DNA of 64,000 nt, from positions 3,150,161 to 3,214,160 of the forward strand of contig MU054323.1 in assembly GCA_013239625.1 (NCBI GenBank). The letters run 5' to 3'. This stretch comes from Lama guanicoe (lineage: Eukaryota). Below are positions 18,263-64,000 of this stretch, in pieces. The position numbers and the translations under genes were made by a program. The notes below the pieces were generated by a model. The model did not search any database. It had not been told where the DNA came from and saw only the letters and a list, made by a program, of their open reading frames with translations. Every line of letters begins with the position of its first letter. Within the stretch, counting starts at the first letter, position 1.

Positions 18263-19537
18263 CTAAATTCCTCTCAATTTTACTAACTAGAAATTTAAAC
18301 CATGCCAAATAAGAAATGAGTAGTAAAACAGTAACTCTCAGCCTCTTAACATCTACTTTTTCTTTTCATTTTAGAGAAATCTCTTAAAAACAAAGAGCTC
18401 TTATTATGAAGAAAACTTGCAGAATGACAATTTCTTCAGTTTCACTTCAGTTTTCTCCTAAATTCAAAATATAAATTGTCTTATATTTTTAAAAATGTTA
18501 CTAAGGTTGTTTTTCTCATCTATACTCTATTTATTTTAAAACTTTCTACCATGATCATGCATTACTTTTATGCTCAAAACAGTAAGTGTTAAATTTCTTA
18601 AAAAAAAACAAGTTGAGAAAATAATAAGAATGGACAGTAGGGGGTAACAGAATATTGGTATTTTCACTTTAGAAACAGTAGCACTATTTTGGAGCTATAA
18701 TATCATCAAATTAAGTAAGCACTTTTGATCTTCCATTAAAAGTCTGCTAATAGTTTTTCCTCCATTTCTGAAGGAGAAACTATGTGACCTCTAAGGAGTA
18801 ATTCACTGCAACCTCGAGTCATCAGACATTTGACTAGCTTTTTATAAGTTGTTGTTTTCCTGTTGGTAGCAAAAGTGATACTGCACATCTGTTATACCTC
18901 CTGTCCCTCTCTTCCCTTACCCATTCTGAAACCCAACACCTTCCTACCCAACCCCCACACAAATATTTAAATCAAAACAAAACAAATACCATGTTATCAA
19001 AAGTTACAGATAAAGGAAACAGGAAATTTTTTACTTCAAGTCTTTTTTTTTTCACTTGATTTCATGTAAAACCTAAGATCTCATATATTCATATAAAATA
19101 AAATTAGCATGTGTGCATGACAGCAGGTCAACAATGCTATGCTGCTTGTTAGCACACTGCTTATTTGTATAGCTGTATCAGTCAGTCCCATCATCTCAAT
19201 ACTTTGGCCTAGCACGCTGCCTTGAAACTTGACATAATTGAGGCCAAATTTTGTGATAAAGAACAACTCAGCATTACTTAAAGGGAGTCAGTCCATGTTT
19301 ATTACAAAAAGAGAACAACCTTCATTGTACTATCTTGAACATACTGTTTCTGTCTAACCAAATTCTCTCCAAGTATTTGTTACATATAGACAATTTTGCT
19401 TCTGTTTGCCAGCATGACAGCAACAATGCTATGCTGCTTGTTAGCACACTGCTTATTTGTATAGCTGTATCAGTCAGTCCCATCATCTCAATACTTTGGC
19501 CTAGCACGCTGCCTTGAAACTTGACATAATTTAATTG

Positions 19538-20428
19538 NNNNNNNNNNNNNNNNNNNNNNNNNNNNNNNNNNNNNNNNNNNNNNNNNNNNNNNNNNNNNNN
19601 NNNNNNNNNNNNNNNNNNNNNNNNNNNNNNNNNNNNNNNNNNNNNNNNNNNNNNNNNNNNNNNNNNNNNNNNNNNNNNNNNNNNNNNNNNNNNNNNNNNN
19701 NNNNNNNNNNNNNNNNNNNNNNNNNNNNNNNNNNNNNNNNNNNNNNNNNNNNNNNNNNNNNNNNNNNNNNNNNNNNNNNNNNNNNNNNNNNNNNNNNNNN
19801 NNNNNNNNNNNNNNNNNNNNNNNNNNNNNNNNNNNNNNNNNNNNNNNNNNNNNNNNNNNNNNNNNNNNNNNNNNNNNNNNNNNNNNNNNNNNNNNNNNNN
19901 NNNNNNNNNNNNNNNNNNNNNNNNNNNNNNNNNNNNNNNNNNNNNNNNNNNNNNNNNNNNNNNNNNNNNNNNNNNNNNNNNNNNNNNNNNNNNNNNNNNN
20001 NNNNNNNNNNNNNNNNNNNNNNNNNNNNNNNNNNNNNNNNNNNNNNNNNNNNNNNNNNNNNNNNNNNNNNNNNNNNNNNNNNNNNNNNNNNNNNNNNNNN
20101 NNNNNNNNNNNNNNNNNNNNNNNNNNNNNNNNNNNNNNNNNNNNNNNNNNNNNNNNNNNNNNNNNNNNNNNNNNNNNNNNNNNNNNNNNNNNNNNNNNNN
20201 NNNNNNNNNNNNNNNNNNNNNNNNNNNNNNNNNNNNNNNNNNNNNNNNNNNNNNNNNNNNNNNNNNNNNNNNNNNNNNNNNNNNNNNNNNNNNNNNNNNN
20301 NNNNNNNNNNNNNNNNNNNNNNNNNNNNNNNNNNNNNNNNNNNNNNNNNNNNNNNNNNNNNNNNNNNNNNNNNNNNNNNNNNNNNNNNNNNNNNNNNNNN
20401 NNNNNNNNNNNNNNNNNNNNNNNNNNNN
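19538..20428. other. Assembly gap (891 N)
   Basis: Run of N. Confidence 1.
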
Positions 20429-21661
20429 AATACATATATATTTCCAGAATATACAGAGAATTCTAAAAGTCAGATTTTCCAGAACAAGTGTAATACTTTA
20501 CATTTCCACCAGCAATGTACGAGGATCTCAATTGCTCCATATCTTTATCATTTATTTGTCAGTTTCAATTCTAGCTTTTATAGTGGGTGTGTAGATGTAT
20601 CTCATTTTTGTCTAAATTCCTCTCAATTTTACTAACTAGAAATTTAAACCATGCCAAATAAGAAATGAGTAGTAAAACAGTAACTCTCAGCCTCTTAACA
20701 TCTACTTTTTCTTTTCATTTTAGAGAAATCTCTTAAAAACAAAGAGCTCTTATTATGAAGAAAACTTGCAGAATGACAATTTCTTCAGTTTCACTTCAGT
20801 TTTCTCCTAAATTCAAAATATAAATTGTCTTATATTTTTAAAAATGTTACTAAGGTTGTTTTTCTCATCTATACTCTATTTTAAAACTTTCTACCATGAA
20901 CATGCATTACTTTTATGCTCAAAACAATTACTTTTATGCTAAAAACAGTAAGTGTTAAATTTCTTAAAAAAAAAAGTTGAGAAAATAATAAGAATGGACA
21001 GTAGGGGGTAACAGAATATTGGTATTTTCACTTTAGAAACAGTAGCACTATTTTGGAGCTATAATATCATCAAATTAAGTAAGCACTTTTGATCTTCCAT
21101 TAAAAGTCTGCTAATAGTTTTTCCTCCATTTCTGAAGGAGAAACTATGTGACCTCTAAGGAGTAATTCACTGCAACCTCGAGTCATCAGACATTTGACTA
21201 GCTTTTTATAAGCTGTTGTTTTCCTGTTGGTAGCAAAAGTGATACTGCACATCTGTTATACCTCCTGTCCCTCTCTTCCTTTACCCATTCTGAAACCCAA
21301 CACCTTCCTACCCAACCCCCACACAAATATTTAAATCAAAACAAAACAAATACCATGTTATCAGAAGTTACAGATAAAGGAAACAGGAAATTTTTTACTT
21401 CAAGTCTTTTTTTTTTCACTTGATTTCATGTAAAACCTAAGATCTCATATATTCATATAAAATAAAATTAGCATGTGTGCATGACAGCAGGTCAACAATG
21501 CTATGCTGCTTGTTAGCACACTGCTTATTTGTATAGCTGTATCAGTCAGTCCCATCATCTCAATACTTTGGCCTAGCACGCTGCCTTGAAACTTGACATA
21601 ATTGAGGCCAAATTTTGTGATAAAGAACAACTCAGCATTACTTAAAGGGAGTCAGTCCATG

Positions 21662-21667
21662 TTTATT
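21662..21667 (-). terminator. Candidate distal polyadenylation signal of WDR35
   Basis: Minus strand TGTAATAAA with a GU/U-rich element (GAGTTGTTCTTT) about 28 nt downstream. A second copy lies at about 19298 in the gap-flanking duplicate. Confidence 0.5.
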
Positions 21668-23762
21668 ACAAGAAGAGAACAACCTTCATTGTACTATCTT
21701 GAACATACTGTTTCTGTCTAACCAAATTCTCTCCAAGTATTTGTTACATATAGACAATTTTGCTTCTGTTTGCCCCTTTCATCAGGGGAGGGTTTGTGGG
21801 TGTTGTAATCCTGAAATTTCCTTCATGTTGAATAAAACCAATTGGGTCAATTCATACTGTGGATCCTTCTCCAGCACCATTTTCAAGCAGGACAAAGCCC
21901 GTCCCCAAGACATTATGGCAGATCACTAAAATGTCCACAGATCTAAATCTCAAACAGTCCTAAGCTTTTATAGTAGTAGAGAAGATATGTCTGTATGTAT
22001 ATGTATGTGTACAAGCATATATACATACACACATATACATATGTGATAATTAGGCCTACAAGGCATGAGAGGTTGTTTTTTAGAGATTTTTGTTCTTGGA
22101 TTAAACTGAACAAGAAGTAATGGCAACAACTCGAGATCTTTCTGAAATAATTAGTTGGAGGAAAAATTCTAGGGCTCAAGAAGCAAAGAATTAGTGGCAA
22201 ATGAGAAGGCTCCAAAAGAAAGTTCCCAAAAGATATGCCAGGAAAAACTTGAGGAGTCAACTGCTGACTGTGGAACTGAGGCATCTGGGAGTGTAACCAA
22301 CAAGTCACAGTGCGGGCTAGAGGAATGGCAATCTAACTTTGAGTTCTCAGCTGATTCCTGGGATGGGAAAGGGAAAGGGAAGGAAGAAATATTAAGGCAT
22401 TAGACCACGGACCAAGAATCACAACACCGAACATGTAGTCCTGCAAGAATCCTTAAGCCTACATCCCTGAAAATTTCTCTTTTACCAATGAAGCAGAGAA
22501 TAGTTTAATTCATGAAAACAGAGTCTTGTGGCAAGAAGGAACTGAGTTCAGCAGGAGATATATTCCCTAGGGCTGATCTCATTGTTAGATTTGGGGGAAT
22601 ATTCTATTCTGTCATAGGAGAAAACCAATTAGATTAAATTCATTGTGTTAAACTTACATAAGTTGGTAACTTATGAGATTCATTAGACATAGTAAATAGA
22701 GTGTATGTATGTGACTCTGCCTAGTATTTGATGAGGCACTAAAAATACAAAAGGCAACCAAGGCACTAAGTATTCATGACACACTAGGTATACTTGAGAC
22801 ATACAAAGTGCTCCATGTGTGTGAGGTCTTGATTCATTTGCCCATTGGTGACACTTCTGGCCTGTCCTCTGCCCAAGAAATAAAACAGAATCCATGACTG
22901 CTCAGCGGGCTCACTGGCACCTACAGTTGTGACCTGGTGAAACTGCCTCTTCTATAGAGCAAGTGTGCCTCACTGGCCTCAAGCACATTCCATTTGATTG
23001 GGGCCCCTCGCTCAAATCTCAACTCGGGGAAGCTGTCAAGGCAGAGTAGGAGCCAGGACGTAAGAACAGTACATAACTCAGGAATCAGGAACCGTAATCT
23101 TTCTACCTGACTGGCATCCTACACTAATAGTGTTAATCTGTCCCATCACTTTCTCCCTGTTCTTCGCTGTGTATTTCAAGCTGATTCAATAAAGCATGTG
23201 ATTTGAGCATCTCATGTGGTTTGTAACCTTTTCTGTTCCATGACTTCTGGAATGGCTTGCCTGGTAGTGCATTTGGAGGCTATCATTAAATCAAGGTAAA
23301 TTCCCACAAGGCCCGTGAATGCAGTCAAGACTTCTAAGACTTCTGGCCTCCTTTTACTTAGGCACAGGAGCCCACTATCCATCATGAACTCATCTGGGTT
23401 CTAAACCTCTTCTTGTAGCTCACTATTCTCAGTCTGCAACAGGCTTAACTTGTCTCTACAGAACCAAAAACATATCACATTGAGAGAACTAACCTAAGCA
23501 CTGAAGCTGCAATAACAATGTTGCATATTTTTCTGTATTGCCTCTACTAAAATCAGCCCAACTTCAGCATATAATCTTGATAAAATAGTGCTAACATCTG
23601 GTCTGCAGCCAAAAAATGAGAGGATGTAAATTCATGAGAAATAAATGGAGAACATTATTAGTTATATAAAACAGGTGAGAAATTACCTGTTACTGATTAC
23701 AATTTTTTCTTTTTAATTTAAATGACAGTGACTCAAAACATGCATAGTGAGAATCACTCCCC

Positions 23763-24339
23763 ATAGTCCAAGAGTTGTTTAAATGAAAGGTCCAGCTTAG
23801 CAACAATGTTTCAAATGAATCTATAACTATAAACTGGATATCTTTGTATAAATTTATATCATTCTAAACAGAGCCAAGTGTTTGGCACAATAATATGAAG
23901 ATTACATGCCAAATGCCATCTCTTAGATGAAACTAAAAGGGTAGATAAAAAAGGAAAATCTATATAAAAACTAAGCTATTACAAATAATTCAAATTGTAA
24001 AAAGTCTTAAAATGCCTTCTCCTCACTGCTAAAAATAAAATAGAGAAGACATTATAGTCCAAGAGTTGTTTAAATGAAAGGTCCAGCTTAGCAACAATGT
24101 TTCAAATGAATCTATAACTATAAACTGGATATCTTTGTATAAATTTATATCATTCTAAACAGAGCCAAGTGTTTGAAGATATGAAGATTACATGCCAAAT
24201 GCCATCTCTTAGATGAAACTAAAAGGGTAGATAAAAAAGGAAAATCTATATAAAAACTAAGCTATTACAAATAATTCAAATTGTAAAAAGTCTTAAAATG
24301 CCTTCTCCTCACTGCTAAAAATAAAATAGAGAAGACATT
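23763..24339 (+). repeat. Head-to-tail tandem duplication (291 + 286 nt) in the WDR35 3' UTR region
   Basis: atagtccaagag...gaagacatt occurs at 23763-24053 and 24054-24339, identical except for one internal replacement. Confidence 0.95.
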
Positions 24340-24775
24340 CAATAAACTTATTTAATTAAATGCAGCTACAGATAGTGCTCTTTTCAGTATTACAGCTGTT
24401 AAACCTCCTTCTCTTACAGGTTATGTCAATTCCCTAAATTCAACTTTGCCCCATTCCCATGATTCCCTCCTCCCCTGCACCAAGCTTTTTAATGAATTAG
24501 TAACCCTGACACTGTGAGGAAAAAAATTTCTTGTTTGGAATATTTCCATAGTATCATATAAACAACCACAAGATAGATAAACAGACAGACAATACGATGG
24601 ATTTCCATACACTTTCTATGAAAATTAGCATCATTATTTAAGTTATATTTTTACACAAAATTATACATAATTTATATATGTGTGTATATATCATGTATGT
24701 TATCTACTGAATTTTTTATAAAATACAACTATGAAATAATAATGCTGATTTTCATATAAGATGTTCAGAATCAAC

Positions 24776-24781
24776 TTTATT
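24776..24781 (-). terminator. Candidate proximal polyadenylation signal of WDR35
   Basis: Minus strand TTTTTTGTAATAAA about 40 nt after the stop codon. Confidence 0.35.
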
Positions 24782-24819
24782 ACAAAAAACACTCCAATTA
24801 TCCATAGTTTGTCACTCCT

Positions 24820-63738
<38,919 letters not shown>

Positions 63739-64000
63739 CTGTTTTCACAAATAAAAACAAATTACAAGTCAAAGCTCCCATCTAATAAATGGTACTTCAG
63801 AGTTGAAAACATGCCATAAAATACACAGTGGGATAAATAAATGCAAAGTTTTCTACAACTTGACACATCAAACTATAAAATCTTCAAATCCAACAGAACA
63901 AGATGCAAAAGTAACTTAGGTCTTAACTAATAATTGCTTCAAAGGTTATCACAGAAAACACAATAAATGCCCATCTTTTTTTTCCCTCTTTCTTGCTTTT

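Larger units (their letters stand above)
18080..21774 (+). repeat. Direct duplication flanking the gap: 18080-19410 ~ 20429-21774, plus a third partial copy at about 19412-19531
   Basis: Near-identical sequence with about ten small differences. Confidence 0.95.
21645..24819 (-). other. WDR35: Probable WDR35 long 3' UTR
   Basis: AT-rich sequence after the stop, running to the distal AATAAA at 21662-21667. The end point is inferred, not observed. Confidence 0.5.

Noticed and set aside
19488..20635. 315 and 366 aa ORFs
   Set aside because: Artefacts of translating the N gap.
23010..23290. LTR-like stretch with a plus-strand AATAAA inside the WDR35 3' UTR region
   Set aside because: Too degenerate to assign a family or boundaries.

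Overview
Mammalian genomic DNA, very probably a camelid (camel, alpaca or llama), judged from four copies of a tRNA-Ala-derived SINE of the camelid vic-1 type. Two protein-coding genes lie in tandem on the minus strand. WDR35 (IFT121, IFT-A complex) contributes 24 coding exons (numbered 5-28 by analogy with the human gene, including a 33-nt cassette exon); its 5' end lies beyond the right edge of the window, its stop is at 24820 and its 3' UTR probably runs to about 21650. TTC32 is complete, with 3 exons, 148 aa and a CpG-island promoter at about 15.8-16.6 kb. All exon boundaries are GT-AG and the reading phases join up. The rest is intergenic or intronic sequence with L1, L2, MIR, MER5, MLT1 and ERV LTR relics, a decayed UBA52 retrocopy nested in an L1, and an 891-N assembly gap flanked by a ~1.3 kb near-identical duplication. 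I found no convincing novel biological system. The best leads are modest: a phase-compatible WDR35-TTC32 read-through splice, a 3' UTR tandem duplication whose only difference removes a miR-96-type site, a microexon with an SRRM3/4-type UGC motif, an apparent L1 3' transduction, and a possibly semi-processed UBA52 retrocopy. Repeat family names and repeat boundaries come from recognition by eye and are approximate.
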